Part shown: piece after piece, positions 39,501 through 49,236 of the stretch | Position numbering within the stretch: position 1 is the stretch's first letter | Layout: every line of letters begins with the position of its first letter | Assembly (NCBI GenBank): GCA_965213705.1 | Contig: OZ243913.1 | Coordinates: forward strand, 1,120,001-1,184,000 | Reading direction: 5' to 3' | DNA from: Trueperaceae bacterium | GTDB taxonomy: Bacteria; Deinococcota; Deinococci; Deinococcales; Trueperaceae | DNA: 64,000 nucleotides | Translations under genes and position numbers: made by a program | Notes under the pieces: model-generated | Databases searched by the model: none | What the model was told of the DNA's origin: nothing | Seen by the model: only the letters and a program-made list of their open reading frames with translations

Positions 39501-39621
39501 GGTTGAACGTCCAGCGGCTCGCCAGAAAAAACAGCACCGCCAGAAAGGGGCCGAACGAGGGCAAAAAGGCGAAGCTGAAGCCCAGTAAAAAAGCGGCACT
39601 TTTGTTCAAAGAACGAGTCAT
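36547..39621 (-). CDS. Fusion of an O-antigen ligase/O-oligosaccharyltransferase-like domain (with a CBM-like insert) and a WbaP-type undecaprenyl-phosphate sugar phosphotransferase
   Basis: N-half: GSR, R...W, PWLGWG, HAHN..L..LFERG..G. C-half: [41 protein letters not shown]. One uninterrupted 1024-aa ORF. Confidence 0.85.
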   Translation of the reverse strand: MTRSLNKSAAFLLGFSFAFLPSFGPFLAVLFFLASRWTFNRSDLLWGAAALFSALSLGVHTGAAGFAFGVLQIMGPWLVYRAFFHLRRFPFVPTHAAAVTGGLVAGLAVVVGAGWLQMGRLNFAYKTFTQAVIWSTSPAFYGHTVFVLGALIAVLAANARFRFMGLSLSALGILVAGSREAAVAWVFVTVVLFWVRKTRSRRSLVAEITLLSVMLAVAAGLGPLFGWGRFGFLLDIVPSAGDRNLVQGSEIPNGDWWDTTWVGVEAGSAELNDVSLTTYEVTKKGADGWLRLQQVVPVKAGEPYTVSAWLRPEQGSQPGIQGWGQLLESAQTFTLAAALVDGHWQASATGPGRVLNRGVAAVQGEWRRVFATFVYEGDQPLLYWYVGLAPDARTVADSSARFAGFQLEPGALLSDYTPGAATKGLSLGVARVPYWQAAWQGVRAKPWLGWGPDSFPEYYQTTWPNNQKLRAIPSHAHNFFLHVLFERGVVGFLGVTLLILALLWGAVKSLDGAFLAVVLAVLFVNVFDVTLFYGGVLYPLVAVAGWRAAALPKESMSQLDTPQLGVSLGLAVTDFAMTYLAFLTAVVLLYPQDLVRLVAPLSVTTYALLLWPVMVWREGLYPGYGLTAPQELRKQVVAATYAALLLAAGTVLFGQDLPVPRSVLVVTFGLSLGFLALGRAVFKRLLLRAQLWGRPVFILGAGRVGGKLAAVLERSPLEGLRPVAFFDDDPLKQGRNVAGLPVLGALASADAYAARWGVNHAVVTISTMSPALLSDFIHHRSRVFKHLQFVPELSGLPAQDVSASPLAGFLALEFRNGLYSRSNRLFKRGLDLVGGGVAALLATPVALALALWVKLDSPGPAFHAGERVGQHGEVFRCFKFRTMYSDAEERLQELLATDATLAEEYRRYHKLEHDPRVTRAGRVLRKYSLDELPQVFNVLNGTMSLVGPRPYLTRELGDVGAYGETIFEAKPGITGYWQVSGRSTVTFQERLEMESHYVRNWSIWWDVVLLTQTPAAVLEKRGAH

Positions 39622-39674
39622 AAGCTTGACTGAGTTACCCCCCTGTGTACCTTAGCCCGTTTGTGGGGGTGCGT

Positions 39675-41576
39675 CTAGGGTTTGGCTTGCGTTCCCGAAC
39701 CACCTTGGCGCAGGGCGTTCATGCCCAGAAGGAGCGGAAAAAGCACGCCCGAGTAAAAAAAGGTGTAGTCGAAGACGTTCATCATAAAAACGGGCACGAC
39801 CAGGGCCAAACCGCGCCAGCGGCCCCACCGCCAGGCGAGGTAGAGCAAGCCGCCGGTCAGCCACAGCGCGGCGACAAGGCCGGGTAGGCCGTAGAGGGCG
39901 GCGAACTGGAGCCAAAAATTGTGGGCGTGGGAAACGATTTCTTGGCTGTCGCCCCGGTAGGTTGCTCGCCAGTAACCGGGGAAGTCCGCACCGATGCCCG
40001 TCCAGGGGTGCTCGAGGAGCGCGTGTCCGGCAACCTGCCAGATCTCGAGCCTGCTCGTCCCTTCTCGCGCAAGCAAAGCGTTTCTAAATTGATCTGTGGA
40101 GATCAGGCCTATCCCAATTATCAACGTGGCTGCGGCAAAAGCGAACAAAAACGCCCGTTTTTCACGAAAGAGAAACCAATGAAACCACACCACACCCAGA
40201 CCAAAGGCCAGTAACGCGGCGCGCGATCCCACACTGAGCAGGGTGTACCCTGCCAACAGAGAAACGAGTAAAAAGCCATTCGCAAGGCGAACTGTACTAA
40301 GCGCGGCCAGACTCACGGAAAGTACAGTATGAGCAGCCAAGTTCGCGTGCGTGAACCAGAGTTGAACGCGTTCATAAGTCGGCTGAGAGGTAAGGTTCCG
40401 TCCGTCCGACGTCGTCAAACGCGTGTCTTTCACTTCCAGCACCGTGTTCTCGCTCTGGCCGCTGCCGACCGTAAGGAGAACGTTGACTAGGTCGGTTTTA
40501 CCGGGTACCTTCAGCTTGAAGTCAAACCGACGCCACGTTCTGTCGGGGACGAAACCGTAACTGGCGCGGTAGGCTGTATCGGCCCCTTGTGAAGCGACGG
40601 TCACAGCCGCCCCCTCTTGTAAAAGCGGCTCGAGGCGCACCCAACCATCTTCTCGAAGTTCAAAAAGCTTGACCCCTTTTACGTCGTAGGTCAGGCCGTC
40701 AAGGTTGTTTAGAACCACGCGGATAACATGTGAGGTGGACGCGGGCGGAGCCGTCCAGATGCGGGAGAATCCCCGCCACCGGGGGGTCAGCGCCACGTCT
40801 TCACACGCCGTGTCACTGCCGGGATCCCACGTTTGCAGCCAGACACCCCGACACCTCTGAGCTTCTACAGGTGTCGGGGCACGCATCTCGAACCCGACCT
40901 TGAACGTTCTGCCGCCCGCGGGACTTTTCAGGTCGAACGTGCGCATCAAATAGGGGTCTCTTCCCAGCGGCGTTTTGACGCGGGTAAACGTCCGGCTCTC
41001 CTCCAGAGGGGTTAGCTCAAAGCCACCCTCGGAGCGGAACCAGTCCCAGCCTGTTTGGCCTTCGACGACGCGGGCCTCGAAGGAAAGCTCGAGGTCGCTC
41101 ACGCCCGGCGGCACGCGCCAGCTACGCGTCGCCGTCTTGCTGACGAGGTTTTGCTTCAGACCTGCCGAGATGGACGTGAGGCCGCGCGTATAGGGGTTCT
41201 GCCACACCTGTTTAGAAAGCAGGGGCTCAACGAGAGCCGAGGCCGCGAAAAACACAAGAACCGCCATGAGCGCTGTTTTCAACGTTTTTTCGAACGTAAA
41301 AAGGCTAACGAAAAACGCCAAAAAAAACTGCCCCGCCCAAACAACCCCCTCACGCCCCTGGCCCGTAACAATGCCGAGCACGAGAAAAACGAGCGTGGGA
41401 ACACCCCAAACGTACAGCCACGCGCGTCGGGAGCGAGACAGAAAAGAACCCACGGGTCTAGCGATCAAGCGTCTCCGGGAGTGGTTTGGCGGTTTTTCTC
41501 TCAAACGCCTCCCAGCGTGACGTGACTGCGTGACCGAACTCTTGTCTGAAACGGTCAACATTGAAGGCCTGAGCAT
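39675..41576 (-). CDS. O-antigen ligase-family membrane protein with periplasmic CBM-like domains (true start uncertain, probably near 41470-41500)
   Basis: HANLA, GSR, RLEIW, PWTGIG and SHAHNFWL motifs. Confidence 0.75.
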   Translation of the reverse strand: MLRPSMLTVSDKSSVTQSRHAGRRLREKPPNHSRRRLIARPVGSFLSRSRRAWLYVWGVPTLVFLVLGIVTGQGREGVVWAGQFFLAFFVSLFTFEKTLKTALMAVLVFFAASALVEPLLSKQVWQNPYTRGLTSISAGLKQNLVSKTATRSWRVPPGVSDLELSFEARVVEGQTGWDWFRSEGGFELTPLEESRTFTRVKTPLGRDPYLMRTFDLKSPAGGRTFKVGFEMRAPTPVEAQRCRGVWLQTWDPGSDTACEDVALTPRWRGFSRIWTAPPASTSHVIRVVLNNLDGLTYDVKGVKLFELREDGWVRLEPLLQEGAAVTVASQGADTAYRASYGFVPDRTWRRFDFKLKVPGKTDLVNVLLTVGSGQSENTVLEVKDTRLTTSDGRNLTSQPTYERVQLWFTHANLAAHTVLSVSLAALSTVRLANGFLLVSLLAGYTLLSVGSRAALLAFGLGVVWFHWFLFREKRAFLFAFAAATLIIGIGLISTDQFRNALLAREGTSRLEIWQVAGHALLEHPWTGIGADFPGYWRATYRGDSQEIVSHAHNFWLQFAALYGLPGLVAALWLTGGLLYLAWRWGRWRGLALVVPVFMMNVFDYTFFYSGVLFPLLLGMNALRQGGSGTQAKP

Positions 41577-42618
41577 GTCGGCTAATCACGGCGGGAACGA
41601 ACCGCGCCCTAGAGGCTTCGAACAAACCGACCGCCTGCTGAAGCGCCGAAAGTGTCTGTTCCTCAAAAAACACGCCGCTTGGCCTTTCGGCACCGAGACC
41701 CCGAACGGTCTCGAGCGCCCCCCCCTTGCCGTAGGCAATGACTGGGGTACCGCAGGCCTGCGCCTCGACGGGCACGATGCCGAAGTCTTCCTCGGCGGCG
41801 AAGACGAAGGCTTTGGCGCGTTGAAGATAGCGCTTCAAAACGCTAAAAGGTTGATGGCCCAAGAGTTCAACGTTGGGGGCGGCTTTGGCCTTGACTTTCC
41901 TAAATTCGGGGCCGTCCCCTATAACAACGAGACGTTTGTCTGGCATCTGGCTAAAAGCTTCAGCTATGAGCGCCACCTTTTTGTAGGGAACCATACGCGA
42001 CGCCGTAACATAAAAGTCTTCTTTCGGCTCATAGAGGGTAAAAGCGGAAACGTCGACGGGCGGATAAACCACCTCGGCGGAACGGCGATAAACTTTCTCG
42101 ACGCGGCGCGCCACGAAGTTGGAGTTGGCGATAAAGTGATCGACGCCGTTGGCGCTCCCTACGTCCCAAGTGCGTAGACGGTGAAGGACGGCTCGCGCCA
42201 ACCAACTTTTAGGACCACGTTGCAGACCCGACTCCTCTAGATACTGATGCTGCAAATCCCACGCGTAGCGCATCGGGGAGTGGATATAAGAGATATGAAG
42301 CTGGTCGGGCCCCGTAAGGACGCCCTTCGCAATAGAGTAGGCGTTCGAGATAACGAGGTCGTAGGCGGACAAGTCGAACTGTTCGATAGCCAAAGGCAGA
42401 AGCGGGAGATAGAGTCTGTGCCTCGTTCTGGCTAGGGGCAGATGCTGGACGAAAGACGTGTGAACGTCTTTTCCCTGTACGAGCGCACGTTGGTCAGCCG
42501 GTAGAAAGTCGATAAGGCTGTAGAGGTCGGCTTGAGGAAAAACGGCCAGTATTTGTTCTAGAACACGTTCGGCCCCCGCGCTAACGTAGAGCCATTCGTG
42601 AACGACCGCGACTTTCAC
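41458..42618 (-). CDS. GT4 glycosyltransferase (WbaZ-like)
   Basis: HEWL...GAERV, HSPMRYAWD and EEDFGIVPVEAQACG motifs. Confidence 0.92.
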   Translation of the reverse strand: MKVAVVHEWLYVSAGAERVLEQILAVFPQADLYSLIDFLPADQRALVQGKDVHTSFVQHLPLARTRHRLYLPLLPLAIEQFDLSAYDLVISNAYSIAKGVLTGPDQLHISYIHSPMRYAWDLQHQYLEESGLQRGPKSWLARAVLHRLRTWDVGSANGVDHFIANSNFVARRVEKVYRRSAEVVYPPVDVSAFTLYEPKEDFYVTASRMVPYKKVALIAEAFSQMPDKRLVVIGDGPEFRKVKAKAAPNVELLGHQPFSVLKRYLQRAKAFVFAAEEDFGIVPVEAQACGTPVIAYGKGGALETVRGLGAERPSGVFFEEQTLSALQQAVGLFEASRARFVPAVISRHAQAFNVDRFRQEFGHAVTSRWEAFERKTAKPLPETLDR

Positions 42619-43706
42619 GAGGCCAGCACCTGTTCTATAACGCTCAAGGTTTGCCGGGCGCAGTTTTCCCAGGAAAACTGCGCCGCGCGCGCCCGTCCTC
42701 GTTGCCGGAGTTCCGCGCGCAACGCCCCGTCGGACGCGAGCTTGTTGAGCTTACTGGCGATGTCACGAGGGTCGTACGGGTCGCAGTAAAGCGCCGCGTC
42801 ACCGCACACCTCGGGGAGTGAGGCCCGACGGGAGACGATCACCGGGGTGCCGCTCGCCATGGCCTCCAAGGGCGGGAGCCCGAAGCCTTCGTAGAAAGAG
42901 GGGAAGACGAACGCATCTGCATGGTGCATGTACTGTTTGAGCACCTCCGGACTCACATAGCCCGCAAAGGTAACGCGGTCGCCCAATCTCTCGACAAGGG
43001 GAGAAAGCTGCACCTCGGGCGTGATAAAACCTTCTTTTTTGCCGACGATAACGAGGTCGTGGGGCAGGATGTCTTTGACATAGCCGAACGCCTCGAGCAA
43101 ACCCCTCACGTTTTTGTGGGGCTTGACGTTGCCGACAAACAACATGTAGGGCTTGGGCCGAGGGCTAGGGCCGTTGTGGTGCAAAAACCAATGTTCGCTA
43201 ACGCCCAAAGGGGTAACGGTGACGGCCTGGTTGTTGGGCCGGGTCAACCTCAGTAGCTCGCGCTTGCTAAACTCCGACACGGTCAAGATGGCGCTCGCTT
43301 TGTAACGGAGTGTCTTGAACATGGTCCGCGCGTACAAGCGCTTGAACGGGCCCTTAACGTAGTTCGGCATCGCTAGGTGAAAAACGTCGTGAACCGTGAC
43401 CACGAGTTTGCCTCGGTAGGCTACAGGTAGAGGATAATGAGGCGTCCACAGGAGGTCGGTGTTGTTTGGGATGCGTCGGGGCAACTCGACTTGTTCCTGA
43501 ACCGAATATAGAGGGCTCGTCGCGGAAACAAAGTCAACGTCTGCCGAGCGGGACACGCCAAGGGCGGTAACGTCGTGTTGATGTCCCAGCAAAACGAACC
43601 TTAGGTGCGGGGCTAACGCGATAACTCTAGGCAACACGTTGGTAAGGTACGTCCCGATGCCGGAGAGTCGCGCCGTGCGTATATCGACGGACACGACCTT
43701 AGTCAT
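42615..43706 (-). CDS. GT4 glycosyltransferase
   Basis: SGIGTY, TVHD, KPHKN and [14 protein letters not shown] motifs. Confidence 0.92.
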   Translation of the reverse strand: MTKVVSVDIRTARLSGIGTYLTNVLPRVIALAPHLRFVLLGHQHDVTALGVSRSADVDFVSATSPLYSVQEQVELPRRIPNNTDLLWTPHYPLPVAYRGKLVVTVHDVFHLAMPNYVKGPFKRLYARTMFKTLRYKASAILTVSEFSKRELLRLTRPNNQAVTVTPLGVSEHWFLHHNGPSPRPKPYMLFVGNVKPHKNVRGLLEAFGYVKDILPHDLVIVGKKEGFITPEVQLSPLVERLGDRVTFAGYVSPEVLKQYMHHADAFVFPSFYEGFGLPPLEAMASGTPVIVSRRASLPEVCGDAALYCDPYDPRDIASKLNKLASDGALRAELRQRGRARAAQFSWENCARQTLSVIEQVLAS

Positions 43707-44922
43707 AAGAACCTTTATAAAATCGCGCCCCGGTAAACCTGGCGGAGCAAACGACGCCGACGACCATCCAATACGTGTACTGGGTCGGAACCAAGGTAAA
43801 TGCACCGTCACTCAGCATGAGAAAAAAATAGGTGGCGAGTCCGACTTTAGCCAGGCGCGCCGCGCGCGTTCTGACGGGCAACAGCAGGGGGAACCCCCAA
43901 GTCACGACGAAAAAGAGTAAACCCACGACTCCAAGATTGCTGACGATAGACGCAAAAACAATTTCGCGCACGCCGTCGAACGGTTGAGGCAACAGGCTGA
44001 CGGTTTGCTCGAGCTGGGCGCGCCGTCCACCCAAGCCGGGGTCGAAAATAAACTCGAGGGGACTGGCAAACCACAGCGTCGCAACATAGACAACCAGACC
44101 CGCGGCCAACGGTGCTAAGAAAAACACGAGGATCAAGCTTCTGAGCCTGCGAACTCCAAAGGTTCGCGTCAGAACCTCGGAAAAGATCCAGCCCGCCCAT
44201 ACGGTTCTCGACAAAGAGAGCAAGAAGAGCGCCCGAGAGGGAACGGCAAAGCGTTTGGCGAGCTTACGCCCGCCCTCGAGAACAAGGGGAAACCAGAGCA
44301 AAAGGTTGATGCCCAGGATGTTGCCGTTGTTGTAGGTCGACACCATTTTGAGTACGCTGCCCCGGTTGACGGCTCTAGTGGTAGCTATATCCAACTGCGA
44401 GCCCGTGGTTGTAAGGTAGGGAACACCTACAAACGTATCAAACGCGTTCATAGCCACGAAGTGGATGATACCCCAAGCCACAACGAGGATGAACGCGCTT
44501 CTTAGGAGAGCGAGAAAAGGCGTCAACCCTCCCTTTTTTAAGAGGTAACACGTTGATAAAAGAGCAAAAACAGGCACGATGCTGATGCTTACGTAGTAGG
44601 AGAGCAACAACCCGAAAGAGAGCGCCGGGTCGTGACCGAGAACCGCGAGTGTGACCAAACTGTAAACGCTAAAACCAGTCAGCAGGGCCACCATGATGAT
44701 AATCGGAAAGTTGACTTTGAAACGCCTTAGCAGCACAGCGATGCCTGTTAACGTACCCGTTAAACCTAAAAGAACATAGCCCCACGTTACGGGAACCGAA
44801 TGGATATAGAAACCACCTTTGGGTAACGCAACATTGACAAAAAGCGTGACATAAGCGAGGTGGCGTAGGGACAGAAAATGACTGACGCGAAGCGACGGCT
44901 TAGAAAGGTGAAGGTTGATCAT
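43699..44922 (-). CDS. Polytopic membrane protein, putative Wzy-like polymerase
   Basis: About 10 hydrophobic segments; STYNNGN and SRT motifs; position within the glycan locus. Confidence 0.6.
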   Translation of the reverse strand: MINLHLSKPSLRVSHFLSLRHLAYVTLFVNVALPKGGFYIHSVPVTWGYVLLGLTGTLTGIAVLLRRFKVNFPIIIMVALLTGFSVYSLVTLAVLGHDPALSFGLLLSYYVSISIVPVFALLSTCYLLKKGGLTPFLALLRSAFILVVAWGIIHFVAMNAFDTFVGVPYLTTTGSQLDIATTRAVNRGSVLKMVSTYNNGNILGINLLLWFPLVLEGGRKLAKRFAVPSRALFLLSLSRTVWAGWIFSEVLTRTFGVRRLRSLILVFFLAPLAAGLVVYVATLWFASPLEFIFDPGLGGRRAQLEQTVSLLPQPFDGVREIVFASIVSNLGVVGLLFFVVTWGFPLLLPVRTRAARLAKVGLATYFFLMLSDGAFTLVPTQYTYWMVVGVVCSARFTGARFYKGSYD

Positions 44923-45234
44923 CTCTGTTCGTAATGTCGAAGATACGTAGAAGTGGAAAGAGAATGCACACGTACAAGAACAGGCGGGGTCACAATGTTT
45001 GGGTTAGTTTCCATAGGCCCGGCTTCAGAAATTGTAGGACGAGAGCCGTGTATGATTGTTCTCACGGCTACCGAGAATTTTGTCTAGCGCGGAGACGCGT
45101 TCGGTCGCGTAGCGTTGAACGCCGGTCATGGTCAAGAAAACGGCCCAGGATCAAACCCGAAATCCCGGTGTTGACGGGCGGGACCGCCGCCCAAATATAA
45201 AAATAGAGGTCAAGTTTGGTGACTCGGCGGTACC

Positions 45235-46680
45235 TCATCTATTTTTGACGACGTTCAGTTCGCGTTTTGCTTCAAGCACCTCGAGAAACCGTCGGAAGCC
45301 TTCTGTTACCTTTCGAGCATTTTCGAGCAGCTCCTCTTCCGTTCCGGGACCGCCTACCTCTCCGGGAAAGGACTGCGCATGTATCCAAGCCAAAAAGTTT
45401 ATGGAAGCCTCTCTTTTTTCTGCGTCATCTGTTTCCAAAAAGGTCTGCCGTCGCTGCAGCAGCTGCCTGAAACCGGCGGCGGAGAGGGTGTAAGGGTTCA
45501 AACCGTTTTGAAAAAGAAGAGGGCCGAAAAACATCTCGGCGAAGGTTATGGCCGGAATACCTAGAAGGGCGGCTTCGTAGGCCACAGTTCCGGAAACGGT
45601 CATGACCAAGCTTGTATAGGGTAGGAGAGTAAAGCTGTCCAAGAAGGGGTCGATAAGCTTTAGTCCGGGGATGCTCTTTAAAGCCTGATAAAACAAAAGA
45701 GAGCGGTCGCCTAAAGCGTTTTGATGTTCTTTGACGTATAAGTCGTGCGTGGTCGGCAGAGAGCGGGCTACCGTTTTGGCGAGCTCGAGCTGGTTTGATA
45801 AATAGTCGCCCAAGACGTCGATGGTAGCCTCCGGTTGTTTGTGTAGGGTCAACAGCACAAACGGACGCTTAGGGGGAAGTTCGGGAACGGTGAAGGGTTT
45901 AAGCAAAGCCGTCGAACGAGCATTCCACACCTCGCGGGAACGGTTTATGACGAGGTCTCTTAGGGAGGGCCGACTTTCGTCGAAGAAGTCGGTGTTCATC
46001 AGGCGGGCATGATAAAAAGTTTTGCTTATCCAGCTTAGCGTGGGTTTGGGTACTGTACTGTTTTTGTGAAAATAGTTCGGCTTTGGTTTCTCGGCGACAA
46101 ACTTGTCAAAGAAGGCTTCGGCAAAAACCAGGTCTTGGCCGGTTACTTCACGTATGGGTTCTACTTCGCTCTGTTGTGAACCCCTGAGAAAAGCGAAGCG
46201 GCCGTCGGGAATCCTTACGGTGTGCGGGGCGTGTAGGGCTACAGCCAACTCCTGACAGACCTGAGCCGTTATCAACTCAAAAGCGTGAGTCTGTTCGGAA
46301 AAGACGGCTTCTATACCGCGGGACACCAAAAAGTCACGAACGTAGTGTTGAACGACGTACAAGTAGGACAGCGCGTATGGGTAGGGCTTGTGCCGCAACT
46401 TCCTATCGATCAAAATAATGTTCTTGATCGTTCTGTCGCCCGCCTTTTCCAAGTTGTCAAGTTCCTCCATCTTTGCAGCCGACAGTGGCGTTGAACGCGA
46501 CCATTCGTGGCTGTAGCGGGTCAAATCTAAAACCTGATTTTCCGCTACACCTTTTTCGAGCAGCCACCGAGTCCAGGTGGCGTTGGGGGAAATCCAGAAA
46601 GTGTTGTGTTCCGAGAGGTTCTGGGCTACCGCGAAGAAAATCAAGGTGCGTCTTTCACTGACCAAAAAGGCAAAATTCAT
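45235..46680 (-). CDS. Capsule_synth/KpsS-like glycosyltransferase (candidate pseudaminyltransferase)
   Basis: LH.QPE, YVKEH and SGTVAYEAALLG.P motifs. Confidence 0.7.
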   Translation of the reverse strand: MNFAFLVSERRTLIFFAVAQNLSEHNTFWISPNATWTRWLLEKGVAENQVLDLTRYSHEWSRSTPLSAAKMEELDNLEKAGDRTIKNIILIDRKLRHKPYPYALSYLYVVQHYVRDFLVSRGIEAVFSEQTHAFELITAQVCQELAVALHAPHTVRIPDGRFAFLRGSQQSEVEPIREVTGQDLVFAEAFFDKFVAEKPKPNYFHKNSTVPKPTLSWISKTFYHARLMNTDFFDESRPSLRDLVINRSREVWNARSTALLKPFTVPELPPKRPFVLLTLHKQPEATIDVLGDYLSNQLELAKTVARSLPTTHDLYVKEHQNALGDRSLLFYQALKSIPGLKLIDPFLDSFTLLPYTSLVMTVSGTVAYEAALLGIPAITFAEMFFGPLLFQNGLNPYTLSAAGFRQLLQRRQTFLETDDAEKREASINFLAWIHAQSFPGEVGGPGTEEELLENARKVTEGFRRFLEVLEAKRELNVVKNR

Positions 46681-46793
46681 GAGGTCCTCGTCTACCGGCT
46701 GGGGTAGGTCAGAAAGCTCGGAGTCGGATAGGATTTGTTCAAGAGGGGCTTGCCCTTTCGAGGCAGTAGCAGCATAAAAAAGAACTATAGCAC

Positions 46794-48092
46794 TTATTTG
46801 CGCTTTTCAGGATGAACATCAACCGACAGGGTAAGCGGCGTTTTACGAGCGACTTCTCTATTTGTGAGCAGTAAAAAGCCCGCCTTGGAAAGTCCCAGCG
46901 TTGCCATCCCAATAAAGGTGCTCAGGGCCGTCCCCACAATTCCCAGCGTGGGGACGAGCAGCAGGTTGGCCGCAACGGCTGCGCCTAACGCGCCGACACT
47001 GCTGATGATAATAGCCTTGTCCGACTGCCTTACGTAGAGGGCGTAGTGCGGCACCATGCTGAAAACAAGTGCGTTCACCGAAGCGAGGAGTATCCAGAAG
47101 GCCCATAAATGGCTTTGATAAGCTTCGTTGCCAATGAAAGACAGTAAGGGTTTTATGCCGACGGCGACTACGCAGGAAAGCAGAATACTGCTTAAAAAAA
47201 TGCTTACCGTCATCGAACGCATAAGGCGCTTGTACTCTTCACTTTGGCCCCGCTGAAAAGCCCCCACAATTTTTGGGTAGGCAATCATCACCACGCCGGT
47301 AAACACAAAAATTTGCACGGCATTGGCAACGCTGGCATAAAACGTATAGACGCCTACCAGCGCTTCACCCCGAAAAAATGCGAGAAGGTAGCGGTCTATG
47401 GTTTCTATTCCTCTCAGCGCCAGGGTCGCTGCGAGAAACGGTAGGGATACGCGCAACCCTCTGCCAAGCCAGCCCCAGTCCACCGCGGCAGCGAAAACAC
47501 CCTGCCAGTGAAGGTGGCGCAGGTGATAGCCTGCAACCAGCAGCCCTGCGAAAGCGCCGACACTCCAGCCTAGCCAAACCGTGTTCAGGGTCTGATATTT
47601 GGGAGAGGCGAGCATGAGAGTGACAACGGCGTAAACCCACGACCCGCCTCGGAAAAACAAAACAGTGTTAGCAACAAGAGGCTTCGACAAGGCTATAAAA
47701 ATCCGCTGCGCTTCTTGCGTCAGGTGTTCCAAAATCAACACTAGGTAAAACCAACCCACATACGCTTTTGGCAAAATGCCCGCTAGAAAAGGGAGCGCCA
47801 AGCCGGGTAAAACGATGAGGTAAACCAAGCCGTGAAAGGCGGCCTGGTCTCGAATCAGTTTCGCTTGTTCAGTCGGCTCGCGAGCTATAATTTCTCGCGT
47901 GTTGAAGTTGTAGAAGTCTAGCCCGAGAAGGTACAGAGACACGGCGACGGTGACGTTGATCAGGCCGTAAACCCCAAGCTCGTTTGTCTCGAGCAAACGC
48001 GCGAGGAAAAACACGAGAATAAACTTACTGCCGAGCGTGACCGCCCTCAAGCCGGAATTCAAAATGCCTTGTCGCCATGACGCCCACGACAT
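46794..48092 (-). CDS. Wzx-like oligosaccharide flippase
   Basis: About 12 TM segments; DRYL...VGVY and N.LLVP..G..G.A motifs. Confidence 0.82.
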   Translation of the reverse strand: MSWASWRQGILNSGLRAVTLGSKFILVFFLARLLETNELGVYGLINVTVAVSLYLLGLDFYNFNTREIIAREPTEQAKLIRDQAAFHGLVYLIVLPGLALPFLAGILPKAYVGWFYLVLILEHLTQEAQRIFIALSKPLVANTVLFFRGGSWVYAVVTLMLASPKYQTLNTVWLGWSVGAFAGLLVAGYHLRHLHWQGVFAAAVDWGWLGRGLRVSLPFLAATLALRGIETIDRYLLAFFRGEALVGVYTFYASVANAVQIFVFTGVVMIAYPKIVGAFQRGQSEEYKRLMRSMTVSIFLSSILLSCVVAVGIKPLLSFIGNEAYQSHLWAFWILLASVNALVFSMVPHYALYVRQSDKAIIISSVGALGAAVAANLLLVPTLGIVGTALSTFIGMATLGLSKAGFLLLTNREVARKTPLTLSVDVHPEKRK

Positions 48093-48105
48093 AGTCTTCA
48101 ACCGC

Positions 48106-49167
48106 TTACGCAAACAAGTCCCAAGTAACGGCGCTACCTTTGGCAACATCTCGGCTCACCCGTTTGCCCAAAAGAACGCTGAGATACTTGGGCGCTAACC
48201 CACTTCCGGGCCTGATCGCGCGCAACGTTTGATGGGTCAAGATGTCTCCCGCTTTCACGTCTTCGGCTATATAAAGTGACCGCCTGAAAACCAAAGACAA
48301 CTTTTCTTTTTCCGTCGGGCCGTACTGAATAGACCCCAAACTCTGCCGGGCGCGCTCCGTCTCTACGACGAGCGCCTTCATCTCTTCGGGCTCGAGCGAG
48401 AACGCCGCGTCCACCCCGCCGTCTGCGCGGCGCAAGGTGAAGTGTTTTTCGATGACGGTCGCCCCGAGTGCTACCGCCGCGACCGACGCACCGACCCCCA
48501 TCGTGTGATCCGACAAGCCGACTTGCACACCGAACAGGTCGCGCATGTGGGGAATGGTTACGACGTTGGTATTCTCGGGCGAAGCCGGATAAGTGCTGGT
48601 ACACTTCAACAGGATAATGTCTTCGCACCCCGCGCCCCGCGCCGTCCGCACCGTTTCGTCCAGTTCGGCGACCGTCGCCATGCCGGTCGAAATGATCATG
48701 GGTTTGCCGGTGGCGGCGGTTTTGCGGACCAGCGGCAGGTCGGTATTCTCGAAAGAAGCTATCTTGTAAGCCGGGGCGTCCAAGGTCTCGAGAAAGTCCA
48801 CGGCGGTCGCGTCGAACGGGGTGCTCAGGCAAACGATGCCCAACTCTCGGCAGCGCTCAAAAATCGGCCCGTGCCAGTCCCAGGGCGTATGCGCTTCCTG
48901 ATAGAGGTCGTAAAGGGTTCGGCCGTACCACAGGCTGTTCGGGTCGTCGATCAAAAATTCGCCTCCGCTGATAGGAAGCGTCATGGTGTCGGCGGTGTAG
49001 GTTTGCAGCTTGAGCGCGTGCGCGCCGGTTGCTGCGGCGGCTTTGACGATGTCCAGCGCACGGTCTAACGATTGATTGTGGTTACCGGACATCTCGGCAA
49101 TAACGAAAGGGGGGTGGTCTCGACCCACCTCACGGTGACCTATAAAGATAGCTTTGGGCTCGGTCAT
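48106..49167 (-). CDS. pseI: Pseudaminic acid synthase
   Basis: AEMSGNHN, KLQTYTADT, KIASFE, GLSDHT, GGVDAAFSLEP and RRSLY motifs. Confidence 0.93.
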   Translation of the reverse strand: MTEPKAIFIGHREVGRDHPPFVIAEMSGNHNQSLDRALDIVKAAAATGAHALKLQTYTADTMTLPISGGEFLIDDPNSLWYGRTLYDLYQEAHTPWDWHGPIFERCRELGIVCLSTPFDATAVDFLETLDAPAYKIASFENTDLPLVRKTAATGKPMIISTGMATVAELDETVRTARGAGCEDIILLKCTSTYPASPENTNVVTIPHMRDLFGVQVGLSDHTMGVGASVAAVALGATVIEKHFTLRRADGGVDAAFSLEPEEMKALVVETERARQSLGSIQYGPTEKEKLSLVFRRSLYIAEDVKAGDILTHQTLRAIRPGSGLAPKYLSVLLGKRVSRDVAKGSAVTWDLFA

Positions 49168-49236
49168 AAACGCCCAGCCAACAGGTCATTTCGACTTCTT
49201 GTGACGAGCGATTGAGTGAACATAAACGTGTACATT

